A stretch of DNA of 63,613 nt, filler included, from Olpidium bornovanus S191 (GCA_017911155.1; 28 parts of 28 records of this genome joined end to end with filler, not necessarily neighbours in it), one strand, 5' to 3'. Shown: positions 49,668-62,635, numbered from the whole stretch's first letter. Notes: a model not told the origin generated them from the letters alone. Numbers and translations are program-made.

Positions 49668-50092
49668 CTGGGTGAAATAATGACGAAAGTTAATTTGGTG
49701 TAGACGTTGGCCCAAAGCAAACCCCCCCCCCCCCCCCCCCCCCCCCCCCGCGGTGTGAGCCGGGCTGGGGGTCTGGCGCCGCGGCGGCGAAGTCNNNNNN
49801 NNNNNNNNNNNNNNNNNNNNNNNNNNNNNNNNNNNNNNTTAATTAATTAANNNNNNNNNNNNNNNNNNNNNNNNNNNNNNNNNNNNNNNNNNNNCATGCA
49901 TCGTCACAGTCGCCGTCGCCACGATTATTCGGCTTCACCGAGAGAACCGGTCGCATTGTCAAGAACGTCATTATCACCATCGATTTCCTCACTTGTCCCA
50001 CTCGTCCCGGTTCGCCGACGAGGACACACCTGGCCCTCGTCGATAGCACCGTCAGTCGTCGGATTGCTTAGCGGTTCACTTCGGTCGTCTAG

Positions 50093-50170
50093 TCCGCATT
50101 CCCCGGCTAGACAATAACACCCTGCAGTGTGTGCGTCTAATCCGCATTCCCCGGCTAGGCAACAACACCC

Positions 50171-50215
<45 letters not shown>
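50093..50215. repeat. ~45-bp direct repeat running into a (TG)n microsatellite
   Basis: tccgcattccccggctag.caa.aacaccctgcagtgtgtg occurs twice, then (TG)n. Confidence 0.85.
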
Positions 50216-50216
<1 letters not shown>

Positions 50217-50641
50217 CTGCAAGGTGGGGAAGGGGGGTGGGCAGGGTGGCGGAAGATGTCGCGCGAAGAAACGAGAACGCGCTTCGACGTGAGAACAGGC
50301 GACCACTGTGAATGTCATAATTGAGACAAGATCGTGGCGCAGAGGCGAAGAATGCAAACCGAGCATTCGCTCGTTGACCGCCCGCGATGCAAGCACCGGA
50401 GGACGGCGCTTCTTAGCTACTAAATTAGCGACGGGCGACAGCGCACAATCTACGACAAAAAAAGGGAAATTGGTCAAAAGTTGGGCCACGGCAAAAAAAG
50501 GGGGACGTGCGTCGACTAAATATGATAGTGAAAATGAAAGTTGGGCGTAGATCTCGTTATTGGATTGCAAGAGGCTTGGAGTCGTCTTCCCAATGCCGAT
50601 CCAGACGGCCACCTTCTGCTTGATAGAATGGAGGGAACTCT

Positions 50642-51395
50642 TCACTTGTCGGCGAAAAACCTGTTCACGGCCTTGATGCCCTCGGAAACGGCGTGGGTGG
50701 CGAGGTCTCCGGGCAGAATGAGGCGGACCTACGCATATAACAGAAACCCCCAGCGTGTAACAAAAAAAGAGATCGCCGGCGTTGGCACAGAAACATACTT
50801 TCGGAACCGACGAAATGATTCGGCCTCGTACCGCAGTCTGGATCTCTCGTCCTGTCATGGTGGCGCGATTATTGATTTGGCAAAGGTGTCCGGCCTCCGC
50901 CGCGATCAGGCCGAACATGTCTGTGAGGAACGGCAAGCGACAGTAAGCGGCCAGATAGCCAAAAGGCCGTACACGGCGAGATCCGAAGACCGGGGATACT
51001 TGTGACGTGGCGGAGCCAGGAGACGCGTTCGCAATACCTTTGACAAAACTATCCAAAACGTCCATGGAAGTCTGCGAGATTTTGAACGCGGGCAAGGCGA
51101 CCTTGAGGACGCGGTAGATGTACCTGTTGAATGTTTCCGGGTTCCTGCCGCGGCGCGTGGTCCTTTTGGCAACGCGCTTCTTCGCGGCAACGGACTTCCT
51201 CGCCGCGACGGACTTCCTGGCGGCAGCGGGCTTTTCGTTTTCCTTGGCGATCGAGAGCAGCAGCTGCCCCGATGCGGCGGCGGAATTGGGCCTGGTCGGC
51301 GAGCTCGACGCACGTTTCGCTTTGGCGGCGGGCGAGCGCATGCGCGGGCGGGCGGACGAGGCGCGGAGCGGCGGAGAAGCCCGCTCAGAGCTCAT
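50642..51395 (-). CDS. Divergent histone H2B variant (177 aa) with an ~85-aa N-terminal tail
   Basis: Exons 51395-51038, 50920-50832, 50728-50642 give ETFNRYIYRVLKVALPAFKISQTSMDVLDSFVK|DMFGLIAAEAGHLCQINNRATMTGREIQTA|VRLILPGDLATHAVSEGIKAVNRFFADK*. Confidence 0.95.
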
Positions 51396-51554
51396 GCTAG
51401 AGCGTTCCGGTGTTTTGCGGGCTTCTGTTCCGTCCCCGCGAAGCCTCCTAGCTCTCCCCTTTCTACCCGCGTCGTCTTCTTATTCTTTCTTTGGTAAGGG
51501 CTGTGAGGGCAGCGGACCAGGCGGCGGCCGCCCGCGCGCGCCCTCTTCGCTCTC

Positions 51555-51690
<136 letters not shown>

Positions 51691-51934
51691 GTCTGTCTGT
51701 GTGTCTTTTTCGCCCTCTCTGGCCCGCGCGCCGTTTGGGTGGAAAGGAGGGGGGAGAAAGAGGTCGTTCCTGGAGGGGGAAAGAGGGAAATTGGGAAGAG
51801 AGAAGGCGGCGTTCCTGGTTGCGAAACGCGAAGAGAGCAAAAACGTGCGCGGGGGGGAGGTCTGACGGCTGGAGAGGAAGGGCCCCCCAATTTCCGCTGC
51901 ATACCTAACCTCAACTACCACAGAAACGGATGTG

Positions 51935-52123
51935 CCACGCATCAACGTCGAGCCCCGCACTGTTCGTGAAGCTCGGTCATCGCCGCACGCATCTCAATTG
52001 GAAGAAGCAATGCAACGAGAGATTTCCTCTCTTCGCACAAACGACGTTTTCGAGCTCGTACCGCGCCCGCCGAACATCCGCCTCGTCGACGGAAAGTGGG
52101 TCTACAAATTGAAGCTACTCCCA
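51935..52123 (+). mobile_element. Ty1/Copia reverse transcriptase N-terminal fragment
   Basis: EPRTVREARSSPHASQLEEAMQREISSLRTNDVFELVPRPPNIRLVDGKWVYKLK. Confidence 0.9.
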
Positions 52124-52549
52124 NNNNNNNNNNNNNNNNNNNNNNNNNNNNNNNNNNNNNNNNNNNNTTAATTAATTAANNNNNNNNNNNNNNNNNNNNN
52201 NNNNNNNNNNNNNNNNNNNNNNNGGGGGGGGGGGGGGGGGGGCACGGGAGGGCACAAGCCCCCACTGCGCGACGGGCACTGTCGCAACCGTAACGGAGCC
52301 CCCGAAGAAAAAGACGCAGACGATTGGCGCAGCTGCAGCGCACGAGGCGTGATGGGAAGCAGAGTCGAAGGCGATCGTATCCACAAGGCTCCGCGAGGGA
52401 GCTGCCCTTCCGCCATCTACTTTTATTCTGCTTCGGTAGAGTGCTTCCTAGCGAATTACTCTAATTCCACCCATGGCCGCGCCGAAACGTGAAATCTTCC
52501 TTCTTCTCCCTTCCGGTCGCTGGAATTCCGGGCGGTTTGTCGTTTAACG

Positions 52550-53110
52550 ATTGCCACTGCCCCGGACGACACGCATCCCAAGCACGTTCCTGAAAAATCC
52601 GCGGCACACTGCCTTAGATGATGAAATTTGATATTACTTGTTTGGCCTTGTCGCAAGCCGTGAGCTCGGCAGTTCCATTATTGTCTACGCGGAGCGGCGT
52701 GGGATCTTTTACGACCCTGGGATCTATGACCTTGAAGACAAATTACGCCCACGCTGTCTCCTGTACAGCGGCAATTCCGGCGACGAACTCGGCGCCGCAC
52801 GACGCTGTTGCTACACGCTTCCGTCGGGCTTACCCAAAAGATTGGCCCGCCATCGTGAATTGCTACAAAACCCGTTGTCGATGCCCGAGTCTCTCAGCAT
52901 CCAGCCCAGTCCGGGCCGCAGAACATCGTGAAGCCCGCGCCATCCTTTTCTTCTCGCTGTCCGTTGTGTTCGCCGCAATCCGTTGTACTGGATTCCAAGA
53001 TGCGCAGATCCTCGGAGGTGGCGCGGCACTTGCTTCACCGCTGCCACAATGCCGCGTTGTCGGCTTCACGCAAAATCGTGCGAGGAATGACGCGGCGATA
53101 AGGCAACCCG
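52550..53110 (-). mobile_element. Degenerate Ty1/Copia RT end and RNase H, with stops and frameshifts
   Basis: ASFLARFCVKPTTRH; AAVKQVPRHLRGSAHLGIQY; DWAGC*ETRASTTGFV; VATASCGAEFVAG; LRVDNNGTAEL; NIKFHHLRQ. Confidence 0.9.
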
Positions 53111-53148
53111 GGTTGCCTCGTTTTCGGGCGGCGAGAAGCCCGAGCCCC

Positions 53149-53194
<46 letters not shown>

Positions 53195-53210
53195 CCCCCC
53201 CCCCCCCCCT

Positions 53211-53256
<46 letters not shown>

Positions 53257-55222
53257 ACCCCCCCCCCCCGCACNNNNNNNNNNNNNNNNNNNNNNNNNNN
53301 NNNNNNNNNNNNNNNNNTTAATTAATTAANNNNNNNNNNNNNNNNNNNNNNNNNNNNNNNNNNNNNNNNNNNNGACGGAGCTTCACCCGGCTTGACGTGA
53401 CGTGCGTTTCTTGTCGCGCGTTCCCGCTGGAAAAAAAAAAATATCCTTCAAATACGAGAACCATCCTTCTTCGTTCTGTTCGTCAATCGCCATGAGGACA
53501 GTTCTTTTTTATTTTTTATTTTTTTTTTTTTGACCACGATGCCTCTCAGCTGAGGCAGTGGAGCTTGCTGCAGGCCAGAGTGCGCGTGTTTTGAAGTTTG
53601 AGAATCTCAGAGTGCCCCTCGAGCAGAAGCGCATCAACGCTACGGCCGATCCGGCTGTTGCTGGCAACCATCCGCAGACATACGCCCGCGCGGTGAGCCG
53701 CCTGCAGGCGAGCTGCCTGCCACAGGCGACCGACGCCCGCGCGGGGGGGGGGGGGGGGGGGGGGGGGGGGTGGGGGGCTCATCGGCCAGTTCCGCGCCGC
53801 CTGGCCATCAAGTCTTTTGGCGTGGGAGTTGTTGGCAACGCCGGAGGTGCTTCGCAAGCTCCGTGTGGGACAGGTTGGCTAGAAGACAATCATTTTTCAT
53901 ATGGGGGAGCGGGAGAAAGGCGACCTGCGCACAATCCAATGCCGAGAAGTCCCTCGAGACCATATGGAAGTGGGCTAAATGTTGGCAAGTCTGGTGCTAC
54001 TAAGGGCTTGGCGGAAGCGCTGGCTCAGGGTTCCGGCAGGGGGTGACGCTTCAAAGCGCCAGAAATTTTACGTGGGCAAACGCGGAGGCCGAGGCTCTGC
54101 ACCCGCCCGACCCTAAGCACCAAAAGAAGCGAAGAAAACACAATAGTATGTGTCGAACTATATCGAACCAAGGTTCGTACACTATAGTAAGATATTTATG
54201 GCTAAAAGTATCCTAAAATACATACCATCAATATTTACCACTATAATAAATACCACCACCAATCTAGTGGTGGATACATAATACCACCTTCCTTTTTGTG
54301 GTTGTTTTTTGGCCTCAGTCAATGTGCAGGTGAAAAGGGCGCTGGCAGGCCCACATTTGTTTCAAACCCACTCCTCGTCCCGACCGATCTCGCCCGCACA
54401 ACTGTTTAAACACCGACAGCATCCTCGCGTCACGGATGCCGTCAACCTCGGTGGATAAGGAGAGCCGCATTTTTTGCGAAGCGTGGGTAGGAAGCCGCGA
54501 CCCGAAATGCCTGTGATCGAGCGGTTCAGCTTGTTCACCGAGGCGTGATGCAAACTACCAGCGTCACCGGCAATTTGCTGCACCGTCGGATTTGGGTGCT
54601 GTTCTCGGTTGGGGGCGTTTCCGGAAAAAAGGTTGGCCTCGGTCTGAGGGTTGAATTCAACACTCCCCGCCCAGGCTGCATCTCAAGAACTTCCCGGCCC
54701 GCCGAGTGGACTCGGATCGGAACGCTTTTGCCCTGCGCTGCACTTTTGGTACCCGCCCCGCAATGCAGGACGCCCAGGCCCCCCCCCCCCCGGGTAAATT
54801 GCCGACGTGCGCACGCCCCATCTGCTTTGGCCGCTTCGCTCCCCGACACCGTTTTTCGCCGTAAGAGTTTATATCTCCGCGCACATTCCCCGCTCAGGGG
54901 AAAAAAAAAGCAAAAAAAAAAATAATCGAAAAGTCGGGGGTCTTAGCCGCAACAGATATCGATTACCCCGACCGGTCCTCGATGCCCCAGAGGGGAGAGG
55001 TAAGGTCCCGCATGACCAACATAATGCGCATGGGATGCTATGCACTGTCTACGTGGCCTTGTCGAATCGGCGCGGCGCGGCGCCCGTTCCCTCTCCCCGT
55101 TTCGAGCCGGGGCACAGGATTGACCGTTCCGCCGGCCGCGATCGCGATCACGGGGGGCCCGTCCTTTCCTCGCGATCAGAAACGAACTCGGCGGGAAGGA
55201 GGGGCCCGGAGCCGCCGCGCGC

Positions 55223-56630
55223 TCACTGGTAAGACCTGGTCCCTGACGGCGAATGTCCGTAACCGCTCGGGCCCAGCAGCGGGCTGCCGTAAGCCGCGCC
55301 GTGGCCCGCCTGGCTGTAGCGGGGATCGCGGGCGCTTCCGGTAACGCTCCCCGGACGGCCGGGGCGGGCGTCCTGCGGCCCGTACTGCGGAGCGTAGAGC
55401 CCGCCGTACGCGTCGCCGACGCCGCGCGGCGCCGCCGCGCCCCCCGCGTACTCGCGTGGACTCACCAGGCGATTCGCGGGCGGCGACGAGGAAGGAGGGG
55501 CGGCGCCGCGGTCCAACAGGTAATCAGCCGGGGCGTCGCCCTCGCCCCGGAACTGAACCTGGTCCGCCTCGTTCCTCACGGCGAGAGCGGCCGGGGCGAC
55601 GCCGGGGCGCGGCCGGAAAGGCGACGACGGCGGAGAGTCTCCGTAAGCGAAAGGCGCGGCGGCGTACGAGGCGCGCGAAGCCGAGGCTGGCACCGGCGCA
55701 AAGGCTGTGATTTTTTTGCGGGGGGTGGGGAAGGTGTCAGGCGGCTCTCGGCGGGGGAGCGCTTCGGAGGCGCGCGGCGCACAAAGAAAAACGCGACAGT
55801 TTCGGTTGGAAAATAACAAAAAAAGAAAAAATAAACAAAAACTCACCCACGACGCGGGCAGTCGCGGCATTATGCGCACGGGGCAACGTCGAGCCGACGA
55901 CTTTCTCGGCCTGTTCGTCCTTCGGCTTGAGTCTGAACTCGGGCGACGGCTTGTACGGCACCGGCGGCAGCGCCGCGGTCCTCATGTGCCGCTCCCTGGC
56001 AGACTTCCAGCGGTGGACGAAGGCGAGCAGTACGACCAGGGCGGCGACCCCTCCCAGAACCACGCCGTAGATGGTGCTGCTGCTCATGCCGGACTTCGCG
56101 GGCGTTGACCCCGGCGGAGCACCGGCGCCGCCGACTGCGGCGGTGCCGGGGGCGGGGGACGCCGGAGAATCACTCGAAGCGGCGTCATCCTTGGGATTCG
56201 TCGGTGCGGGCGAGGTCTTGGGAGGAGGTGCATCCGCGCTCGGCGTCGAACCGGCCGGCACGGTCGGACTAGGCTGAGGGTTTGACGGCGAGGGCGAGGG
56301 CGAGGGCGGCGGCGGCGGCGGCGGCGGCGTTTGGGGCGTGGGCAGCGGCGGAGGCGGCGCTGCCGGAGCCGGGGCGTTTTTTGGTTCCTCAGGCGGGGCC
56401 GTCCCCGAGGCGGCGGGCAAGGCTAGCTCGATTTTGTCCTTGGACAAAAACGGCAGCAAGCCCCGCCGGGACATCGCCGGGGCGAGGGGCGACGGCAACC
56501 GGGCGGCGGCACCGGAGGCGAACGGCTGCGCGGCCAGCCGTTCCGCCGCGGCGGCGGGGGCGGGGACCCCGCCGACGCCGTTGACGGCGACGACGGCGCC
56601 GAGCAGCACGACCACCAGCTGACCGCGCAT
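55223..56630 (-). CDS. Single-pass type I membrane protein: Pro/Ser/Ala-rich ectodomain, Tyr/Pro-rich cytoplasmic tail (Mid2/Wsc-like architecture)
   Basis: Signal MRGQLVVVLLGAVVAVNG; TM IYGVVLGGVAALVVLLAFV followed by HRWK; GT-AG intron 55846-55705. Confidence 0.8.
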
Positions 56631-56999
56631 TATCGCGAAAGAGCGGGGGAGGGGGGGGGGAGGAGGAAAAGAACGAGCGCCTCTTCTTCTTTTCGCACTC
56701 TCTCTCTCACTCACTCGCTCTCGCTCTCGCTCTCTCTCTCTCTCTCCGACTCTCCGGGGGGGGGGGGGTGGGAATGTGGGAAGAGGCGCTTTCCCCTTTG
56801 GGCGGGCGGCGAAGGAGTCTAAGGAAAGAAAGCGTTTCGCGGCGCGCGGGGGGGGGGGGAGCGCCTGTGGCCCGCGTTTTCCGGCGCGTTTGCTTTTTAA
56901 GATGTTTTTTCTTTTCTCCCGGGGCGAAAACAACGCGGGGGGGGGGGCGCGGGGAGTGCGTGGCCCGCCGTCCAACTCTCCCGCGCCCCCCGCCGCTCT

Positions 57000-57054
<55 letters not shown>

Positions 57055-58628
57055 CCCCCCCCCCCTCCCCCCCCCCCCGANNNNNNNNNNNNNNNNNNNN
57101 NNNNNNNNNNNNNNNNNNNNNNNNTTAATTAATTAANNNNNNNNNNNNNNNNNNNNNNNNNNNNNNNNNNNNNNNNNNNNACATGGGCCCTCTAGGGGTT
57201 TCGAGCCGGGTACGGATGGTAGCGGCCTAAATTTTTAAATGTGTGCTCACGCCGGCCCGTTGTCGCCAATGAACAGGGATGCAGTGCAGTTGTGGAACCT
57301 GGGTTACCCCATCATTTGTTCTTCACCGGAACAAAGTGGATACTCTGCACTAGTAGCCTGGATGACGTGGCCTGCAATTGTCCAAAGTAAATATGAGTGC
57401 TCTTCTGCAGACAGGTATTGTGTGATGTATTCTGTTATAGAGCGCCTGCATCGACCACCCCGTTTTACTGCAAAATGACGGATCTTGATGTGCTCCTTAA
57501 ATCGCCTATTATTCTTTCAGGTGGCGGAGCGCAAGCAGCGCTCACATAAGGATGTCGGGTTTGCCGAGGTGCGTGATTGGAGACGTGGAAAATAGTAAAA
57601 ATTGGCACCTGAAAACAAGTGCAGATTGGCAAGCGAAGCAAAGTGACTGCAGATGTAGTGGAATGGTGGCTTTGGTGGATGGGTTCCTATGGGATTCGAG
57701 GGATGATAACCGACTGCAGGCCCCATCGAACCGTGCAAACCTTGCAAACCTGACTTCTGAGTTACGAGCCAAGCAAAGCTATAAATCAATTTGTATTCAG
57801 AATGCGGATCCCCGAAATTAGAAATACTAGGTTCCGTAAGGAAGGAAAATGCGCAAGATAGAACAGGGACGGACGACTTCGGAAGCACCCCGAGAGAGGC
57901 GCTGTATCTACGGAAAATGCAACTGACGGGCAGTGTTACGAAACGGCGACGATTTCACGATTAAGCAGTAATGGTCCTCTCAGAGGGCAGGCAGCAAGAA
58001 GAATGCAAGCAACGAACGCTAAGCCCGCCGTTCAGATTATTAACCCGGGAATCAGCGATTTTCCGTTCTTTCACTTGTACCCAGACGCAGCCAAGCAACA
58101 GAACCGAATAGACGGACCGCCAAAGCAGAAGCAGGCGAAGTTCCGCCAAAGCCGTCATCGGAGGAAAATTTGGATTGTAAATGTGCAAAGGACATTCTTG
58201 CAAGTATTGCCCACGACGGTGCCCTGTTGCGAGCCCGAGCAATGGAAGCAGCGGCGGGCGCATCCCAACTTCAGGGAACGCAATTCGGCATAAACAAGCT
58301 TGCCCCGGACAGCAGATGCTCCTTCCCCCCTTCCCCTCCCCCCACCCCCCACCGGCGCACCCAAGCAGGAACCCATCAGATGGCCAAAAGTGGTGCCCCT
58401 TTTTCGCCTTGCAGAGCGCTGCAAATGAAGAAGCGGGGGGTTGCGGGTGTTGTCGCACGTGCGCGTGGGTGGCGGTGGTTTGCCTCGTTATTCTGCGCAC
58501 CGCAGCCCACCGCGCGAGCGGATCCGGCGCGTAACAATATCAGGTCGCGCCGTCGCACACGGGCGAGCGCGCGTGGAAAGCAACTGCCCGCGTCGAAAAT
58601 CGCACCGGCGTTCGTTCGATCGGGCGCA

Positions 58629-59463
58629 ATGACCACTTTTGGTTTCGACGGCCCGCTGCGGTTCGTCCCGCGATCCAGCTTCCACGACGCCGCTCCTTGC
58701 GCGGCCGATCAGACTACGGCCCCGGCCGCGTTCGCGAACGCGGGCGGCCCGCGGCCCATAACCGCCCTGCGCCTACCTGCGGTCGGCCCGCCCCGCCTGG
58801 CAGCGGCCGGGCCGTGCGCCTCCGCCTCTTGGCCCGTCGCCGTCGTCTGCCGAGCCGCCGAATCCCTACCTGTGCTCGCGGCACAGGCGTTCGCTCACCT
58901 CCTTTCGACCCTCGTCCTCTCGGCCGTCCTCCTCTGGGCTTTCGCGGTCAGGTGCGCCCGCTATCTTTCGGAAAGGACCGGCGCGACGCCGACGGGCTCT
59001 GCCCGCTCCGGCATCAACTTCCCCGGTTGCGACGCGGCGAAGGCGGCGGCGGCGACGGCACTCCAGCAAAGGGTCGCAGGCGAACGCGCTGCGCCGGACG
59101 GCTTGCAGGCATCACTCGAAAACTTGCGGCGCGCCGAGGTGGTGTCGAGCTGCGCCCGGGATTATGCCCGCTACTGGAGTTTTGACTGGGAGGAACAACA
59201 CGTCTTGACCAAAGACGGGTTCTTCCTGGAGATGCAGCGAATAACCGCTAAGGGCGTCGATAAGCGCCAGTGTGAGTTGCAAAGCTGAATACCCGATGTA
59301 TTCAGAATTCGATCGTGCTGTCCTTCTCTTATGACTCTTAGCGACCGGTTCGGGCGCCTCGCGCGTTGCTTCCAACTCGCGGTAGTGAAAGGCCCGATCC
59401 TTTGCGTGCACGGGATGTTCCAGTCCAGTGGCGTCTTTGTCACCAACGAGGAGAAATCCATGG
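58629..59463 (+). CDS. Sterol esterase/lipase, AB-hydrolase lipase family (Yeh1/Yeh2/Tgl1-like), 5' part; start uncertain
   Basis: Hydrophobic segment, then DYARYWSFDWEEQHVLTKDGFFLEMQRI|..KGPILCVHGMFQSSGVFVTNEEKSM. Confidence 0.88.
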
Positions 59464-62009
59464 NNNNNNNNNNNNNNNNNNNNNNNNNNNNNNNNNNNNN
59501 NNNNNNNTTAATTAATTAANNNNNNNNNNNNNNNNNNNNNNNNNNNNNNNNNNNNNNNNNNNNATCTTTCCATTTTCGTGACGAACAAGCGTAAATCTGT
59601 GGCAATGGTCGGGCCCCTGCCATTGAACTCATTAATTTCGGCAAAGACCAACTTGAGAGAGTCTTATTGAGCAGCCCCTGCATGGGGTTTTGATTACTGT
59701 GGGTTCTTTGACGGCGTTCTTGGCGTCAAAAATGATTCTGTGCTTCTTGCAGAGCGGCACGCAATTCTTCTGCTTCATTCAGGCCGGCAGGAGGTTGTGC
59801 CTGGTGGGTGGGAGTCTCGGTGAATGGATCCCCAAGGCGCGGAGTTTGCGAGAAAATGACGCCATGTCCTCGTTCACTATCTGCCTTGTTTCCTGTGTTT
59901 TTGTCATGCTCATGGAAGGGCATGGTGCTGTTACGTTATATGTTTCGCTGTCGGTGCTTTTGACGGTGGCGTTGCTGCGGATCTAGACTGGTGAGACGGC
60001 GCTGGCGGGCGCAGCGAAGCGGCGAAGGTGCGTGGGCGAGCGGCGGCGGAGGCGGCGGCGGCGAGCGGCGGCGGCGAAGGGCAGCTGGTGCGAAAGCGAC
60101 GACGGCAAAGAGCGGCTGTTGCGAAGGCGGCGGCGCCGGAGCGGCCGCGGAGAGCGACAGCGGCGGAGGCGGCGGCGGAGCGTCGGTGTCAAAGGCGATG
60201 GCGAAGCGTCGGGCGAGACGGTGCCAAAAAAAAAAACAAATGAAATAAAAATAAAAAAGGCAAAGCGTTGACGGCGGCAGGCGCAGCGGGGCGCTGCAAA
60301 GCCTCGGACGGGGGCTGCGGGAAGCCGGCGCTGAGGGAAGCCGGCGGAGCCTCGGGTGGGGCTGCAAGAAGCCGGCGTTGCTGGGCAGGGACGGCGTCAG
60401 CTTCGGGTCCGAAACCAGCGACGACGGTGCCGAAGGCGAAGCTACGACGGCGGCGACGGCGGTCGGCGGCGGGAAGCCGTCAAAGTCCCGTTGGGCTCCC
60501 GTCAGAGTCCCCTTGGGCTCATACCCTGTTGGTTTTTGGAGAGTTTTTGGAGTGCGTACGGGACGCGTCATGTTCGGAGATTAAAATTAATTTTAAAAAA
60601 AAGGTACAAAACATTAAGGGGTTCCGATCAGCGCGATCCAACAGGCCCGGCTATTGACATATCTGTTTACCGACGGTACAAACTCAACTCGATTCCGATC
60701 AATTTAAATAAATTTGCGGCGGGGCCCACGTCAGGCGAAGATCTTACTGGGAAAGAGACAAGAGGGAAGGTATCACGGGAAAAATATGTCTTTTGGCGCG
60801 ACGCGGTGGCCGGGATACGGAACGGCTGGGTCGTCCTACCTTCATTGCCCGTCAGCACCTTCATAAACTGTTCCGCCAGGCGGCGATGCGCATTAACATG
60901 GTTATAAAGGAAATAAACGGGCGAACAGAATACGGGAAATACGAGTTGTATGTGTTATATGCGATATATGCGATATATGTGATGTAAGGGGTATACGGTG
61001 TTGGTAATCCCCGCAGATTCCCGCGCAGGGCCTAAGCGGAGAGAACGCCGAGCTCTGCGGCGGGCCGCGGGAGAGCCGCGGATTGCGGGCGTCGCGTCCA
61101 GGATCCACGCCTGCCAACTGCGGGGGGGCTGGGGCCGTGCCCGACTCTCGCCCTGGGAATCCGAGGGACCGACGACGGAGAATTCGGGTCCGGGAGGTGG
61201 CGCAGCTCGCGGTGGTCAAGAGATTCGGGGGCGCGCACGGGCCGCCCAGGGGATTCACCGCCGCAAAAACGGATCCAAGGGAGGGAACGGGGATTTAAAA
61301 ACGCCGGCGGACGAAAGGGACGGGACGTTGAGCGCGCGTGATTAATAGAATCCAGCATCCCCCACTTCGCCCCATCGCAACCGCGTCCTGGCTTGCCCTC
61401 GCCCCCCGCCGCGCCCTCAAGCCAAGTGGCTTGTGGACCTTCTCGCGTTTTGCGTAAGCTACCTTACCTTTTTCTAATATCTTACCTTGGACACGCAAGC
61501 AGACAAGTAAACTGGACGTGGGTGTGACGACTAAAGATTTACTGTGGCGATTTTAGAGTCTCCCGTCGTTGGAATTTTTGAGCCGACCGGAGCGTTAAGG
61601 AAAATCCGGATCCCAGGATTATTTTGTTTTCCCCGTTTCCCATACTTTTGGAAGGAAATCTGCCGGAACACCACGAGACACCTGTCGCGCCCGCACCCGC
61701 TCTGTCCGGGAGGGTCGTCGCTCTCGCGTTAACCCTCTCTAATCTCAAGATTCGGGTCGCGTCGGGGCATATATACCCGGCGCCCCGTTGTGCACGCGGT
61801 CGCCCTGCGTGACGCCGCGACAGTTTTCGGGCTCGGACGGGTTGGCTCTGGGTTCCCACGAGGCGCCGTGCGCGGGCACTCGTCCGCCGGCTCGTGGTGA
61901 AAGGACTCAAAGGCTGGCAACAAAAAAAAAGCAAACCCGCGTGCGATTGCGGCAGCACGCCGCGGCCCGCCCCGGGCCCTGTGTTCTCTTTTTTTGTGTC
62001 CCTTCTTTA

Positions 62010-62079
<70 letters not shown>

Positions 62080-62370
62080 CCCGCCCCCCCCCCCCGCCCC
62101 CCCCCGCGCCCCCCCCCCCCCGCCCCCCCCGGCCCCNNNNNNNNNNNNNNNNNNNNNNNNNNNNNNNNNNNNNNNNNNNNTTAATTAATTAANNNNNNNN
62201 NNNNNNNNNNNNNNNNNNNNNNNNNNNNNNNNNNNNATTTGTGAGAGAGGCCCGCCGACGTCCACTTGGCTGCTGAAGCCCGTAATTATCTTCCGTAATC
62301 TTTCGCGCAAACTCGCTGGCTGGCCATCGTCTGCCAGTAGGCGTTCCAAATCGCATGTTCTCCAGTAGCC

Positions 62371-62635
62371 GAATGATCCAGAGATCGCAAAATTGAGATG
62401 CCACCGTCGATATTCGTCAAAACGCGGAAATGTGTGTGTAGGCGTGGGGAGGAGGAAACGTGATACTGACGGAGGTTGCCCGTGTCTTGCGATTTTGCGG
62501 CTGAATGGTCCAGATTTCGCAAAATCGAGATGCCATCTTTGGTTTTCGCCAAAACGCGGAAATGCGTGTGTAGGTGTGGGGAGGAGGAAGCGAGGTACTG
62601 ACGGAGGTTTCCCGTGTGCTTGCAGTTTTGCTGCT
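62371..62635. repeat. 132-bp imperfect direct repeat, two copies
   Basis: gaatg.tccaga..tcgcaaaat.gagatgcc..caaaacgcggaaatg.gtgtgtagg.gtggggaggaggaa..tactgacggaggtt.cccgtgt at 62371 and 62503. Confidence 0.9.

Noticed and set aside
50076-51395. 439-aa ORF as a giant H2B fusion
   Set aside because: The frame stays open through two introns by chance; splicing gives a 177-aa H2B ending at 50642.
59936-60660. GCG-rich region with many overlapping Ala/Arg/Gly ORFs
   Set aside because: Trinucleotide low complexity, with no consistent frame, splice signals or recognisable motif.
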